The notes: a model not told the origin generated them from the letters alone. 64,000 bases of DNA from a bacterium (GCA_029548485.1 JAKPNH010000006.1:13937-77936), one strand, 5' to 3'; shown: positions 1 through 9,490, counted from the first letter of the stretch. Translations and numbers: made by a program.

Positions 1-1198
1 CGAAGAAGAAATCGCCGCCGAAAAATCCGAAGTCGACCACCTTAAGGAAAACATTAAAAAAGAGCTCGTCAAATTGAGCGGCCTCACTCCCCAGGAAGCC
101 AAAGAAAAGCTTATCAAGGAAGTGGAAGACCAGCATCGGATCGAGCTCAAGGATCTGCTGCAGAAATTCGAAAAAGAAAAACGCGACGAGGTCGAGAAAA
201 GAAGTCTGGAGGTGATCACCACTTCCATCCAGCGCTACGCCCGGTCGCACGTATCCGACATCACCACCACTTCCTACACCCTTCCGAACGAAGATTTGAA
301 GGGTAAGATCATCGGCCGCGAAGGCCGGAACATCAGGACGCTCGAGAGGCTGACCGGCGTCGAGCTTATCATCGACGAAGCGCCGGACACTATCATCATT
401 TCTTCCTTTGATCCGATGCGGCGCGAAATCTGCCGCATGGCTTTGGAGAAACTGATCAAGGACGGACGCATCCAGCCGGCGAAGATCGAAGAAAAAGTCG
501 AAGAAGCGAGGCTCGAGCTCGACAAGAGGATGTACGAAATCGGCGAAGCCGCCGCTTACGAAGCCGGCGTCGTCGATTTGCCGAAAGAGATCATCCAGCT
601 TTTGGGCAGATTGAATTTCCGGACGAGCTTCGGACAGAACGTGCTTTCCCATTCGATCGAGGTGGCGGCCATCGCCGGAATGATCGCCGAAGAATTGGGA
701 ATCAACGCCGACGTTACGAGAAAAGCGGCTTTGCTCCACGACATCGGCAAGGCGATCGACCACGAAGTCGCCGGCAACCACGTCGAACTCGGCATCAAGA
801 TCCTGAAAAAATACAGCGTCGACGACCGAGTGGTCACGGCCATGCAATCCCATCACGAGGATTATCCGTTTTCTTCGCCGGAATCGTTCATCGTGGCCAC
901 GGCCGACATCGTTTCGGCGGCGAGACCGGGGGCGAGAAGGGGAACTCTCGAAAACTACCTCAAGAGACTGGAGGATCTGGAAAAGATCGCCTCAACCTTC
1001 GAAGGAGTGAAGAATTCTTACGCCATTTCCGCCGGCCGGGAGCTCCGGGTCTTTGTCGTGCCGGAGAAAATCGACGATTTCGGGGCTTTACAACTCGCCA
1101 AGAATATTGCGGCGAAAATCGAAGCCGAGCTTAAATATCCGGGCGACATCAAGGTGAATATCATCAGGGAAGTCAGGGCCGTGGAATACGCGAGATAG
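1..1198 (+). CDS. rny: Ribonuclease Y (KH + HD domains). It is 5'-truncated: the reading frame is open from position 2 to the window edge.
   Basis: KH motif 'IIGREGRNIRTLE' and HD motif 'LLHDIGKA..H' are present. There is no stop codon upstream in frame 2. Confidence 0.9.
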   Translation, partial: EEEIAAEKSEVDHLKENIKKELVKLSGLTPQEAKEKLIKEVEDQHRIELKDLLQKFEKEKRDEVEKRSLEVITTSIQRYARSHVSDITTTSYTLPNEDLKGKIIGREGRNIRTLERLTGVELIIDEAPDTIIISSFDPMRREICRMALEKLIKDGRIQPAKIEEKVEEARLELDKRMYEIGEAAAYEAGVVDLPKEIIQLLGRLNFRTSFGQNVLSHSIEVAAIAGMIAEELGINADVTRKAALLHDIGKAIDHEVAGNHVELGIKILKKYSVDDRVVTAMQSHHEDYPFSSPESFIVATADIVSAARPGARRGTLENYLKRLEDLEKIASTFEGVKNSYAISAGRELRVFVVPEKIDDFGALQLAKNIAAKIEAELKYPGDIKVNIIREVRAVEYAR

Positions 1199-1284
1199 CT
1201 TTGCGCTTGGCTTTTTGCCCCTGGTTTGCTATTATTGGCTTAATAAATCGGAAAAGGTCGATTGATAAAAAGCCCAACTTATTC

Positions 1285-1560
1285 ATGAAAAAATCAGGAC
1301 TTGTCGAGGCAGTGATGAAAGCCGCCAACATCGATACGAAAAAACAGGCCGAGATGGCGGTTGAAGCTGTATTCGATACCATTGTGAAGACCATGAGCCG
1401 TGGCGAAGAAGTGGCTATCACCGGATTTGGCACTTTCAGAGTCGCCAAACGCGCAGCGCGAATGGGAATAAATCCGAAAACCGGAGAAAAGATCCATATC
1501 GCGGCCTCGGTCAAACCGAAATTCCGCGCCGGCAAAATGCTGAAAGAAGCCGTTTTGTAA
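1285..1560 (+). CDS. hup: DNA-binding protein HU
   Basis: A 91-aa protein with 'GFGTFRV..R.ARMGINPKTGEKI'. The internal ATG at 1285 was chosen over the ORF-track start at 1201. Confidence 0.9.
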   Translation: MKKSGLVEAVMKAANIDTKKQAEMAVEAVFDTIVKTMSRGEEVAITGFGTFRVAKRAARMGINPKTGEKIHIAASVKPKFRAGKMLKEAVL

Positions 1561-1580
1561 ACGCTTCCACACTTATTCCG

Positions 1581-1613
1581 AAAAAATCCTCCGGGCTACT
1601 GGAGGATTTTTTT
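1581..1613. terminator. Bidirectional intrinsic terminator between hup (+) and the secreted-protein gene (-)
   Basis: Stem atcctcc/ggaggat with an 8-nt loop, flanked by an A-run and a T-run. Confidence 0.6.
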
Positions 1614-2474
1614 GACGCTTTGGCTGATTTGCAAAAAAACGTCGTAGCTCGATTTCAGATTGGTGAGGCTGGCTTCAGCCAGTTCCTTGGGATTCACCAC
1701 TTTCGGCGTCGGCTCTTCGTTGACGGCTGTGGCCGTATTTTCAGATGGCGCAGTCGTTATCTCCGTCGTTGTCAAAGGAGCGCTTTCTTCCGTCAAAGCT
1801 TCGGTTTCGAAATCTTTGAGTATATGCTCTTTGGCGTCGGCTCCGAGGCTTATCGCGTCATTGATGTATTTTTTGGCTTTCTGCATATTGGCATCGAAAT
1901 ACCCGGGACTGACGAAAGCTCCCCGTTCGAGTTTTTTCAAGTCGGAATCGATTTTCTGCCAGCGGGTTTCGGCCGTGGCGATCAGGCCGTCGATCTGGTT
2001 CAAAAGGATGAAATTGGTAATGCGTTCGATCTTTTTATTGTAGTTCTCGTCCCGATAATCCTTGATTTTCTGGGCTAAGGCTTTTATTTCGTCCATGCTC
2101 GCGAGCTTGTCGACGATTCCGGCCTGTTCTCCGTAAAAGGCTTTGGCCGATTCCAGATATTCGAGCGAAGATTTTTGGAAAGCCGAAACGCGCTCGTCCT
2201 TGGTTTTTAGGGCCTTGAACGAAGTCTCCAGGCCCGAGATTTCTTTCAAAGAAAGGGACAGGGCGTCTTTGACCACCTGTTTCCTGGCTTCCAATTCTTT
2301 GGCCAGGCGTTCGACGTCGCTCATCGATTTGTCGTCTTTCACCTCGATCAGCTGATTGACGCTCGTCGTCAGGTTTTCGGCGTTCGCCTTGGTTTCGGCT
2401 CCCAAAACCGGCTTCGGGAAGAACGCGATGAGAGAAACGAGGCCGGCGGCGATTATAAAGTTCGTTTTTTTCAT
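1596..2474 (-). CDS. Secreted hypothetical protein (signal peptide, helical/coiled-coil), last gene of the sigma/anti-sigma operon
   Basis: N-terminus 'MKKTNFIIAAGLVSLIAFFP' looks like a signal peptide. Its start codon abuts the stop of the upstream gene. Confidence 0.6.
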   Translation of the reverse strand: MKKTNFIIAAGLVSLIAFFPKPVLGAETKANAENLTTSVNQLIEVKDDKSMSDVERLAKELEARKQVVKDALSLSLKEISGLETSFKALKTKDERVSAFQKSSLEYLESAKAFYGEQAGIVDKLASMDEIKALAQKIKDYRDENYNKKIERITNFILLNQIDGLIATAETRWQKIDSDLKKLERGAFVSPGYFDANMQKAKKYINDAISLGADAKEHILKDFETEALTEESAPLTTTEITTAPSENTATAVNEEPTPKVVNPKELAEASLTNLKSSYDVFLQISQSVKKILQ

Positions 2475-2475
2475 T

Positions 2476-2934
2476 TTAGAAAATCACTTGGTCCAAGAGA
2501 ATGTCGACGTCGCCGGTGCCGGAATCGATTTTCAGGCTTTCGGCTTCTTTCATCAAAAGGTTTTGGTTCAAATGGGACGGGCCTTCGGCCGCGGCTTCGG
2601 AAAGGGCCATCGAAGTTTTCGAAGCGAGCTCCGAATGGTAATTGATTTCGGCCAAAGTGATGTTGATTTGATCTTGGGATAAGGCGGTTTCTTCTTCGAA
2701 TTTTTCCAGGTTGGCGATGGAATAGGAAGAAACAGCCGCGTTTTGGGCCATGAATACCACGAGCATGGCGGTCAGGGCAAGCGAAAGGCTCAAACCGAGG
2801 TTCCTCCAGAGGTCGATTTTGATTGCGGGTTTGGCGGATGCCGAAGCGAGCAGATCTTCCCGGCACATCAAAGCGAAGCCTTTGTCGGGCTGTATTTTTC
2901 TAAAATTCTTCAATTGGGATTCTATCTGTTCCAT
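2476..2934 (-). CDS. Putative anti-sigma factor (single-pass membrane protein)
   Basis: A central TM segment 'LGLSLSLALTAMLVVFMA'. The gene lies 3 nt downstream of the ECF sigma gene. Confidence 0.55.
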   Translation of the reverse strand: MEQIESQLKNFRKIQPDKGFALMCREDLLASASAKPAIKIDLWRNLGLSLSLALTAMLVVFMAQNAAVSSYSIANLEKFEEETALSQDQINITLAEINYHSELASKTSMALSEAAAEGPSHLNQNLLMKEAESLKIDSGTGDVDILLDQVIF

Positions 2935-2937
2935 TGC

Positions 2938-3477
2938 TTATTTTTCTTCGGCCATCAGCTTTTTCAGTTTTTGGATGGCTCGGTGCTGGATCAATTTGAC
3001 GGCTCCTTCGCTTTTGTCGACGGCGGCCGCGGTTTCTTTGATGGAAAGTTCGTCCACGAACCTCATGATGACGACTGTCTGCTCCGTGTCTTTGAGTTCT
3101 CTCATGGCCCGAGCGAGTTTTTCCGTTTCCCGGGAAATATCGAGATCGGCTTCCGGGTCGATTCCTTCTGCGGGGAAAACACGGCAGTCTTCGAGGGAAA
3201 CATTCGGCCGCAAGCGGCGATAATAATCAACGGTGAGGTTTCTGGCTATGCGATAAAGCCAGCTCGAAAAAGGGTAGCCCCGGTCGTCGTAGTTTCGGAT
3301 GTTTCTCCAGGCTTGTAAAAAAACTTGGTGGGTAAGGTCTTCGGCCTCCTCACGATGGCCTGTTTTCAGCAGGACGAAACGATATATCTTCGGCAAGTAT
3401 TCGTCGTACAGCAGGCCAAAAGCCTCGGCCTCCCCACCTTTTGCACGGATAATTAAATTTCGCTCGTCCTCTAACAT
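2938..3477 (-). CDS. ECF-type RNA polymerase sigma-70 family factor
   Basis: A region-2-like segment 'FLQAWRNIRNYD' and a region-4 HTH 'ETAAAVDKSEGAVKLIQHRAIQKLKK'. Confidence 0.85.
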   Translation of the reverse strand: MLEDERNLIIRAKGGEAEAFGLLYDEYLPKIYRFVLLKTGHREEAEDLTHQVFLQAWRNIRNYDDRGYPFSSWLYRIARNLTVDYYRRLRPNVSLEDCRVFPAEGIDPEADLDISRETEKLARAMRELKDTEQTVVIMRFVDELSIKETAAAVDKSEGAVKLIQHRAIQKLKKLMAEEK

Positions 3478-3502
3478 AGAAAACGTTTAGACCCGTAAAG
3501 AG

Positions 3503-3754
3503 TTACAGGGTTTCCCGGAGCTCTTCAAGGGGGTTGAGTTCCGCTTCCAAGCCGCTTAGGGATTCCAAATCAAGGTCCGGCGTTGTCGGTTCTTCGACGG
3601 CCGAAAGCCCTTCGTTCGCGTTTCCGATGCGACTGGCCTGCTCGGTTTCCTGGTTTTCCGGGGCCGCGGCCGTTTGCGTATGGAGCGAATCGTAAAGATA
3701 GAACATTCCCATGAATACGGCCAAGATGACGATAATGCCCCAAGAGTTTTTCAT
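3503..3754 (-). CDS. Small membrane-anchored hypothetical protein
   Basis: N-terminal TM segment and an acidic C-terminal tail, 83 aa. Confidence 0.4.
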   Translation of the reverse strand: MKNSWGIIVILAVFMGMFYLYDSLHTQTAAAPENQETEQASRIGNANEGLSAVEEPTTPDLDLESLSGLEAELNPLEELRETL

Positions 3755-3857
3755 GGTTTGATCTTAACAGATTTTCGGCTCCGGAGGAAGATGCCTGCGA
3801 TCGGCGCGCTTTAAATAGTTTCTTTTTGGAAACCGGTTTTTTCGATATACTTAAACC

Positions 3858-4847
3858 ATGTTCGACGTGATCGCCATCGGTTCGGCCGTATACGACGGTT
3901 TTATGGAAGTGGATTTGAAAGAGATCAAGGATAAAAACACCGCTTCCGGGAAATCGTTGAGATTGCCTCTCGGCGAAAAAATATCCGGGAAGAGCGTTTC
4001 TTTCGAAATCGGCGGCAACGCCGTAAACGCCGCCGTCACTTTCAGCCGGCAGGGCTATCGCGCGGGAATCTGCGCGAGAATCGGCCGGGATATCCGGGGA
4101 GAAGAAATCCGCCGCCGATTGATTGAAGAAAAAATAAAATTCGATTTTATGGAAATAGATCCCCGGCTTCGAACCAGTTTTTCGGCCATCTTCCTTTCCC
4201 GAGGGGAACGGACGATCATTAATTTTCCGGGAAGCGGCAACGATTTGTCGCTCGCCGGGATTTTGGAAGCCAAACCCAGAACCAAATGGTTCTACGTGTC
4301 TTTGCCCGGAGATTCTTATAAGGCGCTGCCGGGCATCGTCTCTTTGGCGAAAGAACAGTCGGCTAAAATCGCTTTCAATCCGACAGCGCGCCATATCCAA
4401 AACTCCAAGCAAGCCATTCTAAAGCTTTTGCCGAAGATCGATTTTTTGGTTTTGAACGAAACCGAAGCCTCGATGCTGACCGGCATCGATTTCAAGGATC
4501 CGGAGAAGGCTTTTAAAAAACTCGACAAAGCTATGCCCGGGATCCTGGCAGTCACTTACGGCACCAAGGGCGCGGCTGTTTCCGACGGACGCTTCGTCTA
4601 CCGGACGGGAATTTTCAAAAACAAAAAGACCGTTGACCGCACCGGCGCCGGAGACGCTTTCGGGTCGGGTTTTATTTCCGGCCTGATGAGGGGAGACATC
4701 GAACTCGCCATCAGACTGGGGCTCGCGAACGCCGCTTCGGTCGTCGAAGCGGTCGGGGCGAACAAAAACAGCCTTACCAGAGGGGATTTCGAAAAATCCA
4801 GCCGTTGGTCAGAGGTCTCGATAAAAACAAAAAAGATCAATCCATAA
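3858..4847 (+). CDS. PfkB-family carbohydrate/sugar-phosphate kinase
   Basis: 'GGNAVNAAV' near the N-terminus and 'DRTGAGDAFGSGFISGL' near the C-terminus are the ribokinase-family signatures. Confidence 0.85.
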   Translation: MFDVIAIGSAVYDGFMEVDLKEIKDKNTASGKSLRLPLGEKISGKSVSFEIGGNAVNAAVTFSRQGYRAGICARIGRDIRGEEIRRRLIEEKIKFDFMEIDPRLRTSFSAIFLSRGERTIINFPGSGNDLSLAGILEAKPRTKWFYVSLPGDSYKALPGIVSLAKEQSAKIAFNPTARHIQNSKQAILKLLPKIDFLVLNETEASMLTGIDFKDPEKAFKKLDKAMPGILAVTYGTKGAAVSDGRFVYRTGIFKNKKTVDRTGAGDAFGSGFISGLMRGDIELAIRLGLANAASVVEAVGANKNSLTRGDFEKSSRWSEVSIKTKKINP

Positions 4848-4852
4848 GCATC

Positions 4853-6100
4853 ATGTCCGCTTCGGAAAAAATCGGTCAGATATTGCGAACCCCGGCCGCT
4901 GTTCTCGAAAAAGCCGACCAGGCCTTGGTCGCGGTTTCCGGTAAAACCGACGTTCTCGATAAAATCGTCGAAGAAAACGAAAAAACGATCAGAACCAGAC
5001 TCGATGACCTGGGTCTCGGAAGGAACGTCTACGCGAGCGAGGTCTACGACAGCCTTATCAGCCGCATCGAATCCGACGACAACAAGCTTTTCGAGGCTTT
5101 GGGAAGCCCTTCGTTCAAGTCGTCCGGCGATTGGCAAAAAGTACTGGACGCGGCGAAGCGGGCGGCCGGATCGCCCAGGGGATTTTTCATCAAAGAAGAA
5201 AAAGCCAAAGAATTTATTTTGAGCGAGCCGCCGCTAAACATAATGGGCCTCCTCGGCTACGATTCGGCTTCGGAGATGCTGGCCAAAGAGAATCTTTTCG
5301 AGGTTTTCGCCGCCTTGCGTTTCGTGGAGGGGAACGAATGGCTGAACAATGTTTTCTTCAGACAATACGAGTCTCTTGTCGCTTCGGATCTTGAAGAGCG
5401 TCCGGTGGAGGCGATCGCCTTGTCCGACCGCTGGCTTAAGGCGAGCGAGGGGTTCATCAAGAAGAAATACCACAACATCAGCCACTTGAAAGAACTGGGC
5501 GTGATCTTCAGCCTGCCGCTGCATCTCGTGATTTCCGGAGAGCTTTTGAGGAATTTCAGCTTGATCCTTCATTACTTCAACGAAGTCGATTTTTATTCGG
5601 ATATTTTCAGGGGCTACAAAGACGACGCTGATTTCGCGAAAAAGATAATCGTTCTCCTGAAGGGAGAAAGCGACGAACCGCGTCCGGCTTTCGACGGCCG
5701 GAATTGGCTTATTTTGCCGCGTTATCTCGCCAAAGACGACGAGAACGACCCGAGGCTTTTCGCTCCCCACGTGAACCCCGAGGCTTTTCATTGGAAGAAA
5801 GCCGAAAGAATGCTTTCCTTGATGGGGAAAAACGTCTGGAACATAGATTTTTCTTTTTGGGACGAGCTGAATTGGGTCGGCGACATGTTCCGCGACAATT
5901 CCCAAGGAGAAAAGCTCGTCAGTTTCAATTTGGTGGATACGGTCATGTCTCTCGTCAAGGAAAAGGAAATGATAAAGTACCTTTACCACCACCAGGAAGC
6001 GCTTTGGAACAGGATCATCATCGAGCATCTGGGCGAGGCTTCGGTCGAAGAAGCCGCAAGAAGCAATCTGGTTTACGGGTGGTTCGACATTGCCAAATGA
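4853..6100 (+). CDS. Conserved hypothetical protein, 415 aa, operonic between the kinase and the aldolase
   Basis: A long ORF with a start 6 nt after the pfkB stop. Its stop overlaps the aldolase start (ATGA). No family was recognised. Confidence 0.6.
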   Translation: MSASEKIGQILRTPAAVLEKADQALVAVSGKTDVLDKIVEENEKTIRTRLDDLGLGRNVYASEVYDSLISRIESDDNKLFEALGSPSFKSSGDWQKVLDAAKRAAGSPRGFFIKEEKAKEFILSEPPLNIMGLLGYDSASEMLAKENLFEVFAALRFVEGNEWLNNVFFRQYESLVASDLEERPVEAIALSDRWLKASEGFIKKKYHNISHLKELGVIFSLPLHLVISGELLRNFSLILHYFNEVDFYSDIFRGYKDDADFAKKIIVLLKGESDEPRPAFDGRNWLILPRYLAKDDENDPRLFAPHVNPEAFHWKKAERMLSLMGKNVWNIDFSFWDELNWVGDMFRDNSQGEKLVSFNLVDTVMSLVKEKEMIKYLYHHQEALWNRIIIEHLGEASVEEAARSNLVYGWFDIAK

Positions 6101-6996
6101 AAAAACTGATCGAATACATCGCTGAAGCGGAAAAAGGAGGTTATGCTCTGGGGCATTTTAATTTTTCCGATCTGGCGACCCTGAAAGGAATCGTTTCCGG
6201 TTTCGAAAAAGCGCAAAAAGAGATTTCCGGAGAAATCGCTTTGATCGTCGGGCTTTCCGGGGGCGAGAGGGATTTTATCGGATCGAGACAAGCCGTGAGT
6301 CTTGTTAAAAGCTATCGCGAGGCGGGTCTTCCGGTATTTTTGAACGCGGACCACACTAAGTCGTTGGAAAAGGCGATCGAAGCGGCCAAGGACGGATTCG
6401 ACGCCGTGCTTTTCGACGCCGGACGCGAGCCGATCGAAAAAAACATCGAACGCACCAAAGAAGCGGTCGCGGCCATCAGGGAAATCGATCAGGGGATCGT
6501 CACCGAGGGCGAACTCGGATTCTTGGGCGAAGGCTCGCGGATTTTCTCCGAAATCCCCGAAGCCGCGGATTGGTCTCCGGAAAAAATGACGACCCCCGAA
6601 GAGGCGATGAGGTTTGTCGAAGAAACCGGAGTGGATCTCGTGGCCCCGGCCGTCGGCAACATCCACGGTTTGATCGCGGAAAAAGGAGGAGTCTTCGAGA
6701 ATCCCGAACTCGATTTGGATCGGATCGGAAGAATCAAGGAAGCGGTTGTCGCGGCCATGGTTCTCCACGGTGGCTCCGGAATCAAAGACGAGGAGTTGAA
6801 AGCCGCGGTTTCCCGGGGCATGGTTGTCGTCCACATAAGTTCCGAGCTTCGGCTCGCTTGGAGAAAAGGATTGGAAAAGAGTTTTGCCGGAGATCCGGGA
6901 GAAATCGCGCCCTACAAGCTTTTGCGGCCGTCAACGGAAGCGATCGCGGATATGGTTTTCCAAAAGTTGAAATTACTGAACTCTGTGTTATACTGA
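6097..6996 (+). CDS. fba: Class II fructose/tagatose-bisphosphate aldolase
   Basis: N-terminus 'MKKLIEYIAEAEKGGYALGHFNF', then 'LNADHTKS' and 'MVLHGGSG', the metal-dependent aldolase motifs. Confidence 0.8.
   Translation: MKKLIEYIAEAEKGGYALGHFNFSDLATLKGIVSGFEKAQKEISGEIALIVGLSGGERDFIGSRQAVSLVKSYREAGLPVFLNADHTKSLEKAIEAAKDGFDAVLFDAGREPIEKNIERTKEAVAAIREIDQGIVTEGELGFLGEGSRIFSEIPEAADWSPEKMTTPEEAMRFVEETGVDLVAPAVGNIHGLIAEKGGVFENPELDLDRIGRIKEAVVAAMVLHGGSGIKDEELKAAVSRGMVVVHISSELRLAWRKGLEKSFAGDPGEIAPYKLLRPSTEAIADMVFQKLKLLNSVLY
6967..6994 (+). promoter_or_regulatory. Sigma-70-like promoter for rplY (TTGAAA-N16-TATACT)
   Basis: The hexamers were read directly. The predicted TSS is about 10 nt before the rplY ATG. 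Confidence 0.5.
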
Positions 6997-7011
6997 ACCG
7001 CGTAAAATAAT

Positions 7012-7665
7012 ATGGCTATTTTGTTGAAAGCAGAAAAAAGAGACATTTTCGGGAAAAAGACCGAAGCTTTGCGCCAAGCCGGAAAAGTGCCGGCCGAGCT
7101 TTACGGCCACGACACCGATAATCTGCATTTGGCGGTTTCGGCCAAAGATCTTCGTAAGGTTTTCCAGGAAGCCGGCGGAAACGTCGTCGTCGATTTGGAA
7201 ATCGAAGGCGCGAAACATCCGGTTTTGATCCACGACACCTCCGTCGATCCGATTAGCGACGAATTTAAGAGCGTGGATTTCTATAAGGTAAGAATGGACG
7301 AAGAGATCGTTTCTTCCGTGCCTTTGGAATTCGTGGGTGTCGCTCCGGCGGTGAAAGACCTGGGCGGCATTTTGGTGAAAGCGATGGACGAGGTGGAAGT
7401 CGAAGCTTTGCCCGCCAATCTGCCCAAAGCCCTCGAAATCGACGTCTCGGGGCTTGTCGAGCTCGGTCAGAGCCTGTTCGTGAAAGATATTCCCGCGAAG
7501 GGAGACTTTAAGATCGTCGTTGACCCGGAGACCGTGATCGCCACGATTTCCGAACCGAAAGAAGAAGTCGAAGTCGCTCCGGCGACTGTCGAGTCCGTGG
7601 TTGTCGAAACCGAAGAAAAGAAAGCCGCGCGGGAATCCGAACAAGCGGCCGAGGCTGAGGAATAA
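7012..7665 (+). CDS. rplY: 50S ribosomal protein L25 / general stress protein Ctc
   Basis: N-terminus 'LKAEKRDIFGKKTEALRQAGKVPAELYG' plus the Ctc-type acidic C-terminal extension. Confidence 0.85.
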   Translation: MAILLKAEKRDIFGKKTEALRQAGKVPAELYGHDTDNLHLAVSAKDLRKVFQEAGGNVVVDLEIEGAKHPVLIHDTSVDPISDEFKSVDFYKVRMDEEIVSSVPLEFVGVAPAVKDLGGILVKAMDEVEVEALPANLPKALEIDVSGLVELGQSLFVKDIPAKGDFKIVVDPETVIATISEPKEEVEVAPATVESVVVETEEKKAARESEQAAEAEE

Positions 7666-7806
7666 TCCGAAATCTGCTAAAATTATCTCATGAGACTTAA
7701 ACCGAAAGTCTTGGTTGACGTTAAGTGCAAAATAAACGCTTTTTCCGGTTTAAAGCCGATTCTTAATTTGTCTTTTAGGCCGGTTTTGAGGAGCGTTCCC
7801 GACATT

Positions 7807-9102
7807 TTGAAAAAAACCGCCATTTTCGGCGTTCTTCTCGGAGTTTTGATGTTTAACCTGGCGTCGGCTCCGACCGCCGAATTCACGGCCGCCGCCGTGA
7901 GCTCGGTCGAGGAGCGGGCGGCTTTGCAGGCCGAACTCGACGCCCTTGAAAGTCAGATCACCGAATACGAGAAAACCATTTCCGCTTATCAGGCCCAAGG
8001 TAAGACTTTGACGAGCGAGATCAACAAGCTTGTCGCCAAGGTCAACCAGCTGAATTTGCAGATCAAGTCGGTCAATCTCCAAATCAAGAAATTGGACGAC
8101 GACATCGTCGTTACCACCAATAGGATCGCCGAGACGTCGGAAGAGATCAAGAGTAGTCAGCAGGTGATCGCCGTCGCTCTTCAGAAAATCGCCATGAGCG
8201 AGGACCATAGCGTTCTCGAAATCCTACTCCAGAATCCCCAGCTTTCCGATTTTTTCACGAACATCAACAACCTGATGGATATGGAAGACAGCCTGCGTTT
8301 GGCGGTGAGGCAACTGAACGCCTTGAAACAGGATTACGTCGACCAGAACGAACAGCTTAAAATCGCGAAAAGCGACGCCGCCGAACTGAAACAATATCAG
8401 GAATCCCAAAGAAGCTCCTTGGAATCCTTGAAGACGGAAAAAGACAGCCTTCTCGAAGAAACCAAGGGAAAGGAAAGCGTTTATCAACAAATACTCACGG
8501 AAAAGAAAAAGACCGCGGCCCAGATCAGAAGCCGGATATTCGAGCTTTTGGGCGGAGGCGAATTGACTTTTGAGAAAGCTTACGAGTTGGCTTCGGCCGC
8601 GGAAAAAGCCACCGGAGTCAGGGCGGCCCTGATTTTGGCGGTTCTCGACCGGGAATCGGCTCTCGGTCGTAATACGGGCCGATGCAATTACAAAACCGCC
8701 ATGCATCCGACCCGGGACATTCCGGCATTTCTCAAGATCACGAGCGAATTGAATCTTGACCCGAACAGCACCCTGGTTTCTTGTCCGATTGTCGCCGACG
8801 GCGCTTACGGCGGTGCCATCGGTCCGGCACAGTTTTTGCCGTCGACCTGGATGCTCTATAAAACGCGGCTCGCGGCCCTCGTCGGCGTGGCCGTTCCCAA
8901 CCCTTGGAACAACAGCCACGCTTTCTTCGCCACGGCGCTTTATCTGAAAGACGCCGGAGCGGCCTCCAACGAAAAAATGGCGGCGGCCAAATACTATTGC
9001 GGTTCCAACTGGTCGAGATACGTCTGCACTAATGTTTACGCCGCCGCAGTCCTGAAAAAAGCGGCCGAATTCCAAGACGACATCGACGTTTTAAACAGCT
9101 GA
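7807..9102 (+). CDS. Secreted coiled-coil protein with a C-terminal lytic-transglycosylase (SLT/lysozyme-like) domain. TTG start.
   Basis: Signal peptide '(L)KKTAIFGVLLGVLMFNLASA'. Catalytic 'ES' in 'LDRESALG', then 'GPAQFLPSTW' and 'AFFATALYL'. Confidence 0.6.
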   Translation: MKKTAIFGVLLGVLMFNLASAPTAEFTAAAVSSVEERAALQAELDALESQITEYEKTISAYQAQGKTLTSEINKLVAKVNQLNLQIKSVNLQIKKLDDDIVVTTNRIAETSEEIKSSQQVIAVALQKIAMSEDHSVLEILLQNPQLSDFFTNINNLMDMEDSLRLAVRQLNALKQDYVDQNEQLKIAKSDAAELKQYQESQRSSLESLKTEKDSLLEETKGKESVYQQILTEKKKTAAQIRSRIFELLGGGELTFEKAYELASAAEKATGVRAALILAVLDRESALGRNTGRCNYKTAMHPTRDIPAFLKITSELNLDPNSTLVSCPIVADGAYGGAIGPAQFLPSTWMLYKTRLAALVGVAVPNPWNNSHAFFATALYLKDAGAASNEKMAAAKYYCGSNWSRYVCTNVYAAAVLKKAAEFQDDIDVLNS

Positions 9103-9115
9103 TTTTCCTTTTAAT

Positions 9116-9138
9116 AATCCCGCCGAAGAGGCGGGATT
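9116..9138. terminator. Palindromic hairpin between the transglycosylase gene (+) and tRNA-Gly (-)
   Basis: Stem aatcccgcc/ggcgggatt (9 bp) with loop gaaga. The flanking T-runs are weak. Confidence 0.4.
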
Positions 9139-9145
9139 ATTGATG

Positions 9146-9217
9146 AGCGAGAAACGGGAATCGAACCCGCGTATCCTGCTTGGAAGGCAGGCGCACTAGC
9201 CACTGTGCTATTCTCGC
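9146..9217 (-). tRNA. tRNA-Gly (anticodon TCC). CCA is not encoded.
   Basis: Manual cloverleaf: acceptor GCGAGAA/TTCTCGC, anticodon loop CTTCCAA, T-loop TTCGATT, discriminator U. Confidence 0.85.
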
Positions 9218-9224
9218 CTTCGGC

Positions 9225-9404
9225 TCAATAGGGAGGCGCGGTCGGGCCTTTGACCGTCGGCTGGCCGTTCGGACCGAACGTCTGCTGCGGCGTCGGGGTT
9301 TCCGGAAGTTCGGACTCGGCCATCCGCCATTTATAATAAGCGGTAAAAACCAAGATCGCAACGGCCGCGATAAGCAGAATGACTGAAGCTTTTTTGGAAT
9401 TCAT
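9225..9404 (-). CDS. Small secreted protein of 59 aa, below the ORF-track length cutoff
   Basis: 'MNSKKASVILLIAAVAILVFTAYY...' has a signal-peptide-like N-terminus and a Pro/Thr-rich tail. It runs from ATG to TGA in frame. Confidence 0.35.
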   Translation of the reverse strand: MNSKKASVILLIAAVAILVFTAYYKWRMAESELPETPTPQQTFGPNGQPTVKGPTAPPY

Positions 9405-9490
9405 ATATCTATTTTAAAACAACGGATGTTTTTTAGAAATATGCGTCAGTTAAAGAACTAGCCCACATAAGTGGGCTAGAATCGTTTGCG

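Noticed and set aside
3570-4412. 280-aa minus-strand ORF antisense to pfkB
   Set aside because: It is antisense to a well-supported kinase gene, and its product is Arg/Gly-rich and low-complexity.
9137-9386. 74-aa and 68-aa ORFs overlapping tRNA-Gly
   Set aside because: They overlap a confidently folded tRNA. The real small gene is the 59-aa ORF in another frame.
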